A DNA stretch of 63,930 nt, the filler included, from Fonticula-like sp. SCN 57-25 (lineage: Eukaryota): NCBI GenBank assembly GCA_001724245.1. It is 3 parts of 3 records of this genome, joined end to end, with 100 filler letters (N's around TTAATTAATTAA, not from the genome) between each part and the next. Parts side by side here need not be neighbours in the genome. Positions count along the whole stretch, not along the records: positions 21,489 to 46,387 come from MEDX01000083.1; positions 46,488 to 63,930 come from MEDX01000114.1; 1 more part is not named here. One strand, given 5' to 3'. A program made the position numbers and the translations under genes. Positions 45,864 through 60,087 of this stretch are shown here, one piece after another. The notes under the pieces are model-generated. The model was not told where the DNA came from, made no database searches, and was given only the letters and a program-made list of their open reading frames with translations. Each line of letters begins with the position of its first letter. The stretch's first letter is position 1.

Positions 45864-46387
45864 CGCACGACTGCGATGGTCAGCAGTCGCTGCAGTAGAA
45901 CATTTTCGCGTAGAATTTAGAGGCGAGCGAGATGATTGGAAAAGTGTTTGTAAGACATTATTGTATTTTGATGGGCAATTGGTAAATAGAGACTGCCCTA
46001 AACATGTTCTTCTGTCGTGGCAATAGCTCGCCGTTCACTTACACGATTTCAAGGTCGCTATTAATGCAAAGAATATAATCTAGTTTGTGAGGGCCGATCC
46101 ATTGATGTAGGCCATGGTGCACCAAGATGGTCTAGGCAATGACATTACTTTGCGCAAAAACACCAAAAACAACCGCCACTGTTCAAAAACACCATGGGTA
46201 TTCAACAAACAATACGGGCAATCGTCGGGTTGGTAATAGTTATTATTTTTACCCAGGTCATTGACCTTTACAAAGTATAAGAGCTAAGGAAAGTATCAGA
46301 GAAAGAACGATAAAGATCAGAGAAGAAATGATGAAGATACAAAGAGAAATCAGATCAGATTGCAAACTGCAATCTCAAAATCAGTCA

Positions 46388-46487
46388 NNNNNNNNNNNNN
46401 NNNNNNNNNNNNNNNNNNNNNNNNNNNNNNNTTAATTAATTAANNNNNNNNNNNNNNNNNNNNNNNNNNNNNNNNNNNNNNNNNNNN
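46388..46487. other. Artificial contig-joining spacer (44 N + TTAATTAATTAA + 44 N)
   Basis: Identical to 21389-21488. Confidence 0.97.
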
Positions 46488-46743
46488 CACGCGCTGTGCC
46501 CTGACGCGGGAGCGCAGCGAGCTCGTCAAGGTGCAGATGGATGAATACGACCTTTTGTTGCAGACGCGCCGCGCTCAGGCAGAGGACCGCAAGGAGGACC
46601 ACGCGCGGCTGACAGCCCATTTGGCAGCTCAGGACAATGATATTCGGACGTACGAGCAGAATTTGGCGCGCGCAGAGGCCGTCGCAGCTGCCTTGAATAG
46701 TCAGCAGCAAAAACTCAGCGAATCAATTGCCAGGGAAAGGTGA
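46488..46743 (+). CDS. 3' fragment of a coiled-coil protein truncated by the gap
   Basis: Open frame from the gap with host-like codon usage (..YDLLLQTRRAQAEDRKEDHARL..) followed by AT-rich UTR-like sequence. Confidence 0.45.
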
Positions 46744-47299
46744 GGCGTATTTTATTATTGAATTGTAGTGCATGTATGAACAGATGAATGAGCCCGCTAT
46801 TTGCTTGCCAATATGAGAAACACGAAAAATGCTTGCGAGAGGTATGTGGAGAGGTATGCGCTACGAATGAGTGCGCCACCTCCGGCGGCATTCCCAGCAC
46901 GCGAAGTACGATACTGTATGTATTCTCTCTGCTGGTGTGCCATCGCCAACGGCGCAATGAAGCTACGACACAAATCAATCCGATTTTTCAATATTGTCTT
47001 AAAGTATGCCTTTAAATATATTGTCCCCCCTACTGTATTCCATATGGTGCTCTCGATTTTCCGACATACAAAGAAGCCACCACTGGACGCACACGATGCT
47101 TCGGGCGGCCCCTGGGCGGGATCGAGTCGATTCAAAACTCGTGTCACGTGACTGACGATTCTCTACCTTTGATCATTGTCAGTTGATGGGCATCAGACCG
47201 TTACAGGTCATCGTCCCAATAACCATCGTTTTTTTTTAGTTGAACTTCGACGCCATCCCCCGTTCCTCGGTCGTTGCGGCGGCTTGGAACTAACCCGCC

Positions 47300-49341
47300 A
47301 TGAGTGTCCGACGCTCTCTTGCCCCGATCCCTGATTCGGTGCACAACAGTCGCCCTCGCTCGTCGATGATGATGCGCAAGTCGATGATGGTGATGCCCGC
47401 CGACATTCTTTCGACCCCTCGCCAGAGCAGCGGGTCATCGCGCTACTCGCTTGGCCCCCGCCGCCTGAGCAATGCGTTTGGTAACGCCATTATCCCTGCT
47501 GCGAGCCGGCAGTCTATGGGCCCCCGCTCGAACAGCGGAATGATGCCGCTGGGCGCGACCGCCCAGCCCATGGAGCGCATCAAGGATCCCCGCAACATCC
47601 GTGAGCCCGCTGTGGTCAAGATGAACGTGCGCACGCTGTTCCGCTTCCTGAGCGACAGCCGCTTTCCCGGCACGCTTTCCGAGACCGGAAACCTCTTGAC
47701 GCCGTCGGCCAAGGACTTTCAGAACATTTTCATGTTCCTCTACCATCACATTGACCGCGACTATGAGGTGAGCACCAAGTTTGAGGACGAAGTCCCGCAG
47801 ATCGTAAAGGCGCTTCGGTACGTGTTGGCGGCTCATTCAATAATATGAACACGGCGAATGATGAATGTGACTAACATCTGCTGGCTGCTCTAGGTACCCC
47901 TTTGCCTCTGACATTAGCCGCACGCAGCTTCTTGCCGTCGGCAGCCCGCACACGTGGCCGATGCTGCTTGCCATGCTCACCTGGCTGGTCGAGCTCATTC
48001 TCGTACGTGCTCCGTTTGAATATTCACATTAGTGGAACACTTTTTTTGACAATTGCATGTGCAGAGCTGCGACGCGACCGTGGCGACTGTGCACGACAGC
48101 GAGAACGGCCGCTTCAATGACTACCTCGCGCAGAGCTACATTGACTGGCTGAACCACAGCGAGGACCCCGCTGCAGAGGCCGAGTACGTCAAGTCGCTCG
48201 AGTCGCGCAATGAGGCGATCGAGTCGGAGATTAAGCAGCTTGAGGAGAACTACCGCGCGATGCAGGCGGAGGCGGAGCGCATTGAGCGCGAACAGCCGCC
48301 GATCCCCCAGATGGAGAAGAGGCTGCAGGAGCAGGCGAGCACCGTCGAGGGTCTCAACAAGCTCATCGCTGCCCTTAAGTCAAAGAGCGACAAGCTCAAC
48401 GACACCATCAATGCCCAGAAGGAGGACCTGCAGGTCAAGGGTGCGCATTTTTGACCAAACTGTTGCGGCCACGGAAGACTAACTTGAGTTGATGCTCAGA
48501 GGCCGACATTGCCGCTGCCCAGCGCGACAAGGCGCAGGTGGAGCAGATTCTTGCGACCCAGGAGCTGAGCACGGCGGACGTGATTCGCATGCAGAGCGAA
48601 AAGGTGGTCGTTGAGGACTCGCTCGAGGCGACGCTGCAGAAGCGTGATGAGATTCAGGCGCTCGTTGACGAGAGCGAGATGCAGCTTGCCAAGCGCCATC
48701 AGGCGACCGAGCAGCTTTTGCACGGGTACCACGGCTTTGCCGAGCGCCTTCGCCTTCTTCCGAGCTCGTCCCCGAACGCGAACGGCGTCGACTTTACGCT
48801 GAGCGCCGCCAAGGGCCACCTTATCTCAACGAACCTCAAGAGCACAATCCGGCCATGCCTTCTGCGCCTGCGCGAGAGCCAGGTTGCGCGCTGCTCGTCT
48901 CTCGTGGAGGAGCGCGCGGTCGCGCAGGACCAGCTGGATGCCATTGAGGAGCAGTTGGTGGAGATGAGGCGCGACGAGGCGCAGCTGCAGACGCGGCTCA
49001 AGGCGATGGAGGCGCAGCTGGCGGCGACCAAGGACGCGTACGCCAAGGAGAATGCCAACGCTGCAGAGATGGCAGAGGCACTCGAGAGGCAATTGATGGA
49101 CCTCAAGCAGGGCGGCGGCGAGGGCTCGACTCGCCTGCAAAACACAATTTTGGACCTCAAGGCGGAGCACAGCAGGCTTCTTGCCAACGACGAGGTGCAA
49201 AAGTACTGTGAGCAGACGATCGCCATGCTCGAGGCACTCGTCGTGCACAAGTCGCACATTGAGACAAAGCTCGAGGAGCTCAAGGCGCTCGCCGCTGAGG
49301 ACCTCGCGGTTGCTGAAGAAGCAGCGGCGTCGTTCAAGTAA
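47300..49341 (+). CDS. NDC80: Kinetochore protein Ndc80/Hec1
   Basis: KDPRNIR, PSAKDFQNIFMFLY, KFEDEVPQIVKALR|YPF, AVGSPHTWPMLLAMLTWLVEL, then long coiled coil; three introns. Confidence 0.92.
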
Positions 49342-49563
49342 GACTAGTGCTTTCGTCTTTTTGATGGTTCCCTTTTCTCTTTCGCTTTGTTACGTTTGTT
49401 GTATTACGGTTCTTTTGCTATTGTGAAATAGAATATCATTTGCTTTGAAAGATCGATAATGGCCAATTATCAAACTGCATTTATACTCAAAAATGTATGA
49501 CAAAAACAAATCCCTCCACGAATCAATGTGCTATATCTAAAAGAGAAAAAAAAACTTTTGTGC

Positions 49564-50609
<1,046 letters not shown>

Positions 50610-51141
50610 CGGACGATCGCCGTCAGCCAACCAGAAGCGACGCTCTGAACTGAACACGATAGAAACAGGACAGCGAGTATAATCCCCAAACTCCCGACTG
50701 ACAACCAGTGCCGAAACAATGGCGCACCTCGAGAAAGAGCAAAGGCGGCAAGACAGACTTGTGACAGCGGTCGACGTGTAAAAGCAAAGCTGCTTGCTTG
50801 CTTGCTTTATGTGGCGTGAGGTTGGACAAATTGTGCGATTGGCGGCTTTAACATCAGGGTCCCTCTTATGTAGCACCTCAATTTTTCCTATATAATCTTC
50901 ATTTAAACTTGACATTCAGCTACATATACCCATTGTACAGCTGTGTGGACAATAAAATGGCGTGTTATCCTCCGTCTCTTGAGGACCTTTCAATAGGGCC
51001 TGCAGCGCCTCACTCGAGCTTGTCCACGCACAGTGTTACCAAAATTAAACCCCGCTCGATTACTATTGGCTGATAACATGGCACCATCACCGCTGATTGG
51101 TGCTCGCCAGTGGTGGAACGAGCCTCAACCAACAACACACG

Positions 51142-53652
51142 ATGGGACGTCAGGGCGCGGCGGCGCAGGGTACGCGCTAGGGCGCCGGGCCCTGTTTATG
51201 ACGCGCAGTGCTAACTAGATTGCAGACCCACTGCGCACGGATCTTTCTCTTTGGCGCTTGAAGACTGAGGAAGGTCGGCATGTCTGGCACTACCTGACGC
51301 CCGAGGCGGCATCGACATGGCCGCAGTCGATCGAGGAAAAGTACCACCTGGACATTCTAACGGTGCGCTTTCTACATCCCTGCTCTTTATATTAACCCAC
51401 GCGCAATGCAATACAGGAGGCAGATTTTGCGGGTTTGCAGTCTGAGGACACGGTGGAAGGGAGTGTCAAAAAGCTCGCCTCCTTCCTTGCTGCGGTCCAG
51501 TCGTCCGACGGCCACTGGTCCTGCGACTATGGAGGGCCAATGTTTCTCATGCCGGGCATGCTCATTGCTCTCTACGTCACCGAGACGCTTCATGTGATCC
51601 CCGAAGCCTTCAAGGTCGAAATGCGGCGCTATCTCGTCACGCTCCAGAACGAGGAGGGCGGATGGGGCCTGTACGCCGTGTTGCTTGCTCGTGTAGCTCT
51701 TACTGATATATTTTGGCAGGCATATTGAAGACCGCGCGACAATGCTTGGAACTTCTCTCAATTATGTGGCAGCGCGCATTCTCGGCATGAGCGCGTCGGA
51801 CCCCGCGCTTGTGCGTGCGCGCGCGTGGATTCGCGCGAATGGCGGCGCCGTCACAGTCCCCTCGTGGGGCAAGTTTTGGCTGAGTGTGCTAAATGTGTAC
51901 GACTGGTCGGGCATGATGCCGCTTCAGCCCGAGCTGTGGCTTCTGCCGACTGCGCTCCCATTCCACCCGTCTCGGTTCTGGTGTCACACGCGCATGGTCC
52001 AGCTTCCCATGTCGTACATTTATGGCGCGCGCATCACGGCCCCGATCAACGACTTTATCCGGTCGCTGCGCGAGGAGATTTATGTGACGCCGTACGAGAG
52101 CATTGACTGGAGCTACGCGCGTTCCGCTATCTGCGAGCGGGACAACTACTCGCCGCACACGCGCACGCTCGAAGCGCTGACGCTCGCGCTGGTCGGCTAC
52201 GAAAAGTATCTCGCCCTGCCGTGGCTGCGCTCCAAGGCGATGAGCGAGGTCGCCATGCTCGTCAAGGCGGAAGACGAGGCCACAAAGGGAATTTGCATTG
52301 GCCCGGTGAGCAAGATGATGAACGCCATTGTTGCCTGGCACGCAGAAGGCCAGCAGTCGCGCTGGTTTGTCATGCACCTCGACCGCATGCGCGACTATTT
52401 GTGGATGGGCAAGGAGGGCGTCCGCCTCACTGGCACCAACGGTACCCAATCCTGGGACGCGTCGTTCATGGCGCTTGCACTTGTTGAAGCAGGTACAATT
52501 TCGCTTTTTTGTCTGTGGTGACTTCTGAACACACACTGAATGCTTCATTTGCGATAGGCGTCCACGAGCTGCCCGAGTACCAGCCGATGCTCAACCGCTG
52601 CCTCGACTTTCTGCACATTACGCAGGTGCGCGAGAACGTTCCGAACGTTGACCGCGTGTACCGCCACCCCTCTGCGGGCGGCTTTCCGTTCTCGACGCGC
52701 GACTGCGGCTGGATTGTGAGCGACTGTACGGCGGAAGGGCTCAAGGCGGCGATGGCGCTTCAGGAGATGCCGTTTGCACCTGCTGGCCGCTTCTCCGAAG
52801 TGGATCTGACGCAGGCCGCCGACGTGCTGCTCTCCTACCAAAACGACGACGGCGGCTTTGGGACGTACGATCGCCGCCGTGCATCACCCATGCTCGAGGC
52901 GCTCAACCCCGCCGAGGTCTTTGGCGACATCATGGTCGAGTACAGCTACGTCGAGTGCACGTCCGCCGTCGCGCAGGGGCTTACCGCCTTTAGGAAGCGC
53001 TTTCCCAAGTACCGCGCGAGCGAAATCGAGCTGGCGATGCAGCGCGCCAAATTGTACATCGAGTCGATGCAGAGGGACGACGGCTCGTGGTACGGCGCGT
53101 GGGGCGTGTGCTTCACGTATGGTACCATGTTTGGAATCGATGGACTCGCCCAGTATGGCCTTCACTACGGAAACAGGTGCGCAGCTAACGGGCCAAACAA
53201 CGGCATTGGGTGCTGACGCGCTGGGGATTGCAGCGAGCGCGTGAAGCGCGCGTGCGAGTTCCTAGTCAGCAAGCAGCGCGACGACGGAGGCTGGGGAGAA
53301 TCCTACTTGGTGCGCTATTTACGCACAGTTTGACGCGGCTGCTGACGATTCGTAGTCGTCGGAAAAGAAAGAGTACCACCATCATAGCGCGGGCTCTATT
53401 GTGGTCAACACGGCGTGGGCCGCCATGGCGCTTATGACGGCACGCTACCCCGACGTCGACCGCATCCGCGCGGCAATCAAGCTGATCCGGTCGCGGCAGC
53501 TGCCCAACGGCAGCTGGGCGCAAGAGTCCATCGTGGGCAACTTTAACAAGAACTGCATGATCAGCTACCCCAACTACGTCCTCATCTTTACCATGTGGGC
53601 GCTGGGACGCTATCGCCGCATCTACGAGCTCGGTGGCTCGCACGATCACTGA
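51142..53652 (+). CDS. LSS: Oxidosqualene cyclase, lanosterol-synthase type
   Basis: [57 protein letters not shown]-like repeats (QRDDGSW, QRDDGGW, QLPNGSW); six introns. Confidence 0.92.
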
Positions 53653-53887
53653 ATAAGAACCTTCTTTATAGTGCAATCTGCATTCAGTGAGCAATACAGT
53701 GACAAAATAATGATGATGACAAAACAGGACAAATTGACAAAAATGAAAGAAACATGATGCAAAACACAATAATTAACAGAAATACTTAGCCGGCACTACA
53801 GTACATCTATCGTTGCTGACAATTCTTTTTACATTCACACAAAACACACTCATTTCGCAATTACCTCAATCAGCAAAAATAATCAAA

Positions 53888-56035
53888 TTACGATCCAAAA
53901 AAATCTAACCGAATTGTGTTGAGGTCAAACGCGGCCGAGTGCTGCGACTCAAGCCCAGCCTCCAGCGCCTCCCGCTCCTCCTCAGCGAGCCTTTCTAACC
54001 TCCGCTCGGTCTGCTTTAGCTTATCCTCATCCTCATCTACCTCAGCCGCCAACTCTTCGTCGTCGTCGTCCAGCTCGCCCATGCCCTCACGATGGAGCGC
54101 CTTCATCCTCCTCGTGAACGTCTCCTGAGCCACGACCGCGGCCTCTGGGTTCAATTTCTCGTCCTCTGCGTCCTCCTCTTCCCCTTCATAAACGCCGCTC
54201 CTCCTCCGCCTGGACTTTTCCCTGATGACACGAAGCACCTGCTTTGACCCGAGCGCGTTCTGCTGGATGCGCGAAAAGATTGCAAAGAGGTGTGGCGCCG
54301 TATCGGACACTGGATCGTAGAGGACGCCGCCCGCCGTGCCGTACTCGTCCTCCTCGTCTGACTGTGCGCGCGAGTGCGAGTGGATGCCGCGCGGCGACAG
54401 CAACGACAGCGTGGGGATGCGCGGGCTGCGCATCGGCGACGGGTCGCTCACCCACACGCCCTCGGGCAGCGAGCCCGTGGCGCTGTTATCGCGCGAGAGA
54501 TCGTTCTCCCAACCCGGGCTTGTCGGCGAGAGGGCCGACGCCGCCGACGCGCCGGCAGCGGCGGCCGAGGACGGAAAAGGCGGAAAGAACGACTCGGCCA
54601 GTGCGGCGGCTGCGGCGGCCGACGGAGCCACCATCGCGGCGGCGGCGGCAGCGGCGTCCGCAGACGACGAGGCGGGCGCGAGGATCGCCTCGGGGAGCGA
54701 CGCGGACGTGGGCGCGGGGGGAACGGACTGTAGCGTCTCATACAGCGCATCAATCGCGCTCAGGTCGGAGCGCGCGCTCATGAAGCGGAGACAGCTGAAG
54801 ATGGACTTGTGCAGGATGGCGAGCGAGCGATCCATGTTTGTGTTGTCCACCTTTGGTATCTGGGTCCGCGCGAGACGCAGCTAGTTAGCAACAAAGGTAA
54901 AGTAATGCAAAAGAAATGCGAGGGCGCACGAGGTGCTCGTCGGCCTGCGTGCAGAGCGAGTCCTGGATGATGCGGATGTTGCCAAAGTACTTTGCGTATT
55001 TGTTTTCGCGCGTGTCGAGCGTCATATACTTTGCGCGGATGGCAAATCGCTCAATGTGCTTTGACTCGTTGCTGATGTAGACAATAAAGGGAATGCAAGA
55101 CTTGAAGCGGCGCATCAGCTGCAGCATCACGTCAACGCTCAAGTGGACGCCTTCTATGATTAGCGAGTCGTGGCGACGCTCAAAGCTCTCAATCAGCGAA
55201 GCAATATGCTCCACGAGAATCGCGTTCTGCTTGTTAAAGCCGCGGAGAACGCGCTCCTCAAGGGTAAGCTGCTCGCCATCGGCCAACGTGAGCGTTTCCC
55301 CGACATAGTACGACGACGACCACAGCTCGGGCGTCTTATCGCGCGGGAGGACATTCCGGAGCAGCTGGCGAATATTGTCCGTCGAAACAGTCGTAGACAG
55401 GCCAATTCTGCACATGAACAAAAATGAGCAACAGGGCTGTGGCAAGATCATGGAGAGGAGCAAAGCGACGAACCTGCTCGCAAGAAGCGACGCCAACGTG
55501 GACTTGCCACATCCCGACGTCCCGCCAAGGAGGATGCACACCGACTGCTGGCGATCCTTGATGCGCCGCGCGATCTCAAAGTCGTGCAGGCGACGGCTGC
55601 TTCCTTCCCGGTACGCGCGCATGGCCGTCTCGATCGTCTGCATGAACGACGCGAGCGAGACCTGTCGGCGCAGAATGACGGATCCGCCGCATGACTTGCC
55701 AAGAAAGTGCTCGAACACAAGCTCTGCATACGCACAATGGCAAGAAAGAATAGATAGAAAAAGTGGAGACAAACCCGATGTGAGCTGCAAGGTTTCAAGG
55801 CGATCCAGCAATCATATAAGCCCCGCACCGGTTATCTTGTGCGCATGCAAAGGTTTGCAGCCCATTAGCGTGAGAACGCTTTTCAAGTGATGCCGCGTAT
55901 ACCTCCGCATCTCGCCTTCCGCCTAGACAACCAGAAATGTATGAGCATCCGCGCGCAACTTTTGCGAAAGCCCAGGCCACTAGAGCTTCGTACCACGTCG
56001 GCGGAGCGCGGAGGGCGCACCTCGATGCATTCCAT
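53888..56035 (-). CDS. LPA1-like P-loop NTPase (2-phosphoglycerate-kinase-related)
   Basis: RYTRHHLKSVLTLMGCK; LLGGTSGCGKSTLASLLASR|IG..STDNIR; IIEGVHL; KHIERFAIRAKYMTL; KVDNTNMDRS. Confidence 0.8.
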
Positions 56036-56265
56036 ATCTGCGGAGAGACATGTAGGGGAACCAATCTGAGCACACTGCTGCCACAGTATATATAAGATGC
56101 ACAGTGGTGTGACAAGCCTGTGATGACGACGATTGATGACGACACGCGTCCTGACCAATCGCATGCGCTCTATAGTCCGGTTTTCGTCTTTTCCTTCGAT
56201 ATCGGCGTCCCCCGTCGTGATCGTCTTTGCTCGTGTTTGTTGAGAGGGAAGAAAAAAAGTGAACA

Positions 56266-56731
56266 ATGCCGCCGCAGAGCCAGAACCCGAGCATTCAGAA
56301 GCTCCTTGAGGCTGAGAACAAGGCCAAGGATATTGTCAAGAAGGCTCGCGATGGTTTGTCTTTTCCTTCTTTTTTTGCCTTCTTTTTGCTAATGATTTAC
56401 GTGCAGCCAAGGCCGTGACGCTCAAGCGCGCTAAGGATGAGGCTGACCGCGAGATTGAGGCTATCCGGAAAAAGAAGGAGGCCGAGTACCAGGCCATCAT
56501 CCAGGGCGTACGTTTTTCTTTTATGCGGCCTTTGCGCCCGTCCTGACCACTGATTTGTTTTTGTAGAGCGCCAACTCGTCCGATGAGATCTCGGTCATCC
56601 TCGACAAGCAGGAGAAGGAGCAGATTGCCCAGATCCAGGAGTTGTACGGCCAGCACAAGGAGGCTGTCATCAGCAAGCTTCTCGATGCGGTCCGGAACGT
56701 GGACGCCAAGCCTCACGTCAACTCGCAGTAG
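56266..56731 (+). CDS. ATP6V1G: V-type ATPase subunit G
   Basis: IQKLLEAENKAKDIVKKARD|AK..LKRAKDEA..KEAVISKLL..PHVN; two introns. Confidence 0.9.
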
Positions 56732-57158
56732 ACGTCGCGCGTTTGCGAATTCTAAAAGTAAATTTTCACCCAGGCTGCATTCAGGAGTTTGTAGGGACGG
56801 TAGGGAATCGATGGTGAGGGAAAGTCGTATCTTTTAGGTATTTCTTTCTTTTGCGGGCTTTACCCGGCGCATTGATTCCTTTCGTTCGTATTCGAATGCC
56901 TGTTTTGCTGTTTGGTCACTGGAGCATTCCCTAGAATTGTCTTTTACCCTTCATTCCTTTTTTCCTTGTGTTGCCACTGAGTCTCTCTCGGTGGTTTCTT
57001 TTTCGTTGGTTCTTTTGTAACCCGCTTGCGACATCTAATACAGCGCAATGCACCCACTTCCCTTTGGTCTTCCGTGTACTGCTGACCAGTTCGAGTCTGA
57101 AACGGACCAATTCGTATTTGTACAAGGAAACGAAAGATGCTAAAAGAAGGCGGGAGGT

Positions 57159-57936
57159 CTAAGCCGTGAGTGCGCGGTACTCTGCCTCGGCCTGCAATGC
57201 CGACTCCATCATGGCCTCAACCTCCTTGACCTGCAGGCGGAGCCTGTCGCGGGCTGGGCACAGAGAACGGTGGTCGTTAGCATGCGTTAACATCAAAAAG
57301 GAGCAGCCGCACCCAAAATAATGTCCTCAAGTCGCCCGCCGATGTGCTCGCGCAGCTGCACGATCTCCTCCTTGATGAGCGACATGCTGGCCTTCTTGGC
57401 GTCGACCTCGGACTCTACATCACATCGAGCGTGTCAGCGCGACTCGGCGGCGGCGGAAAGAGAGCGAGATCGTACTCAGCGCCTCCACTGCCGTCTGGTC
57501 AGGCAGGTCGTCGGGGAACGTGCTCAGCATCTCCATAAAGTGGAGTTTGCCGCACAACTCCAGGTAGGTGAACTTTAGGCGCGAAAAGTACCCCTATTGA
57601 TCCGGTGAGCCAAAATTGCACGTAGTAGAGAAAAAGAGAGTAAAATACTTACCTTGGTTTGCTCAAGAATAGATGAGCTCATTGAAATTTCTGGGTCAAA
57701 GGACTGTTCAAGCCGCTCTAGAAGCTCGCCCCGTGGAAGCTGCGCTTCCTCCAGAGTGCTGCCAGGCACGTTAATCATGGCATGCGGCAAGCGGTAAAAT
57801 TTCCGTACCGCTTATATTCGTCACCACGCAACGACACTTCGGCTCCATACACACTCTGAAACTGAAGAACGCGAGAAACCCTAGAAAACTCCATCGTCTG
57901 CGCCGTGCGCGTCACCTCGAACGCCATGGCAGCCAT
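57159..57936 (-). CDS. Small coiled-coil protein, possibly a Sos7/Kre28/Zwint-like kinetochore subunit
   Basis: Five exons spliced in frame via GT-AG introns; K|FTYLELCGKLHFMEML resembles the Sos7 KF.Y.E..TK..F motif; start codon (57936/57927/57894) and 3' end uncertain. Confidence 0.45.
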
Positions 57937-58308
57937 CGTCGTGGTGTGTATCGAGTAACGGTCAGATCACGTGAGTGATTGCTGACACACTTTTGTGAGA
58001 CCCGCATCTTGCCGCATCTGCCCCACATTGCCCAGCACTGCCAAGGCTCAGCAGCTGCAGCTGCGTATAATGTGTGGGCCATTTGTGTAGGATAAATGGT
58101 CAAATGTATCAGCACTGACTGCATGTTGGCAATAATGAATATTGAAAGGAGCGTCCCGTGGACGCGAGGAAAGCAGGTACAAGAGAGCCGCGGTCGACCG
58201 AGGCTCGAAGCAGGAAAACTTTCTAAACAGGAAACTAATTACACATAGGAGAAATCAGGAAGTATAAAGGTCAAAACAAAGTATTGCTTGATCGGCCATA
58301 TTGAAATG

Positions 58309-59645
58309 TCAGTCATAATACTCGTTGAAATTTGATTCGCTGAGATTCCTTCTACCCGCCGTGAGTGCTTGCCTGTTCACCGCGCCGGCGTTCGCGGCGT
58401 TCGTGGCGGCAGCAGCCCCGGCTGGCGACCCTCCGTTGATGCTCATTCCGTACGCGCCCTGCCCCGACGCTCCTGACGCTCCTGCCGATGCCGCGGCGGC
58501 CTTACGCGCCGCATTCGCCGCCGTGGCTGCCGACCGGGCGCCACTGTTCCGCAGCTCGTCCAGCTCGGCACGCAGGCGATACACCTCAGCTCTATAGTCG
58601 GCGCTGTTTCGGATGAAATCCGTGGCCGCTTTAAGGATCATTGCTTTTGAAACGTTCGGCTTGTCCTTGTAGTTGGGCAGCTGCGGGAGGCGGTCAGAAC
58701 AAGCAACAAAAGTGGGGCTGGGCTGCGTACAACGTCCTTCAGGTCGAGGAACGCCTGCTTAATGTTGTTACGCCGCTTCTGCTCCGCGTGGATGTGCGCG
58801 TAGCGGCGCCGCTCCTCCTCATTCGGAAAGGACCTTTGAAATTCGTCGTCCATGTCATCCATATCGTCGCTGGTGAAGAGAACGACAAGGTGTAAGGAGG
58901 TGAAAACGAAAAAAATGTGCGCGCACTTGTTATTGTCGGGGCTCCCGTCCTCGTCGTCGCCAACCGTCATGATTTTCCTCCTTTTCTGGGTTGCCGGAGT
59001 GGAGGACGCGGAAGGCGGCGACACCTGCGACTCCGATGCCGAGGCCGCCTTGCGCTTCTCACCCGCCGCCGAGATGAACTGATGCGGCGAAACTGATCGG
59101 GAAAAACTCAGCACACAACTCCTAGAAAAAGACAGACGCACCATAGGTATTGCTTTCAAAAAGCGGGGCGACGTCGGCAGAGACGGGGCCTACCGTTCCG
59201 TCGATGTCCATCTTCTCCTCGTACCCGAGGGCGCGCTGCGGCATCCGCGCCGTGAGCTTGCCCGACGCGGTACGCTGAACAGTGGGGAGTGAGAAGGGCT
59301 GCGCGTCCAGCGCGTCATTGGGAAGTGTCAGCGCGCCGACCAACGACCCGGATGAGGGCGACGGCGTCCGCAGAGGGAGCGGCATATTGGTCAGAGAAGG
59401 CAAGCTTGGGTTGCGATGCCCGGGCCAAATCTCGCCCGAGGCGGTAAAATTATCCAACGGATTCTGGTCAACAACCATTTGACGCTACAATAAAAGAGTT
59501 CAAAATGAGAAAAAGTGGCAAGGCAGAGAATGTCCCATACCAATTGGCCCTGATCGTTCGCTGCGGCTAGCAACGTGTTTTGCATTTCATAGTCGAGTCC
59601 GAGTTCTGACAGCAGGGATGCGCCGTTGTCTGTCCAAAACTCCAT
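58309..59645 (-). CDS. bHLH-Zip transcription factor, Mlx/Mondo/Max-network-like
   Basis: RRYAHIHAEQKRRNNIKQAFLDLKDV|LP..SKAMILKAATDFI plus zipper; H-E-R residues typical of CACGTG binders; four introns. Confidence 0.85.
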
Positions 59646-60087
59646 TCAAATAACGGGACAAATTTTGACCCCAGCACGACTCGTCTCACCGTTTTCTTGT
59701 AGAAATACCTAAAGTACGCTTGAAAAGTCGATTGGAATGTCGGTGGAGGAAACCCTTGCGCGCCCAGAGCAACAACGCGCCACCGTAGTGCACAAGCTCG
59801 CTTGAATGATGATGTCACCTTTTCCGTCACATTACGGATTCTTGGACCAATCAAACGCGTCGAGAGACAAGCGACTGACCCTACACATAACTATTATCAT
59901 ATGACATAATTTTACGACAAAAAGCCGTGAACGCCGTTTGTACACTGAGCTATATGTTTCCGTGATTCTTACTTTGAAATTGATCGTCAAGTATGGTCAT
60001 AAACATGTATGTGCAGTAAAATCTATTCAATAAAATACTATGGCATAAAAAGGCATAATAACCCAACGAGACTATCATGCTTGTGAC

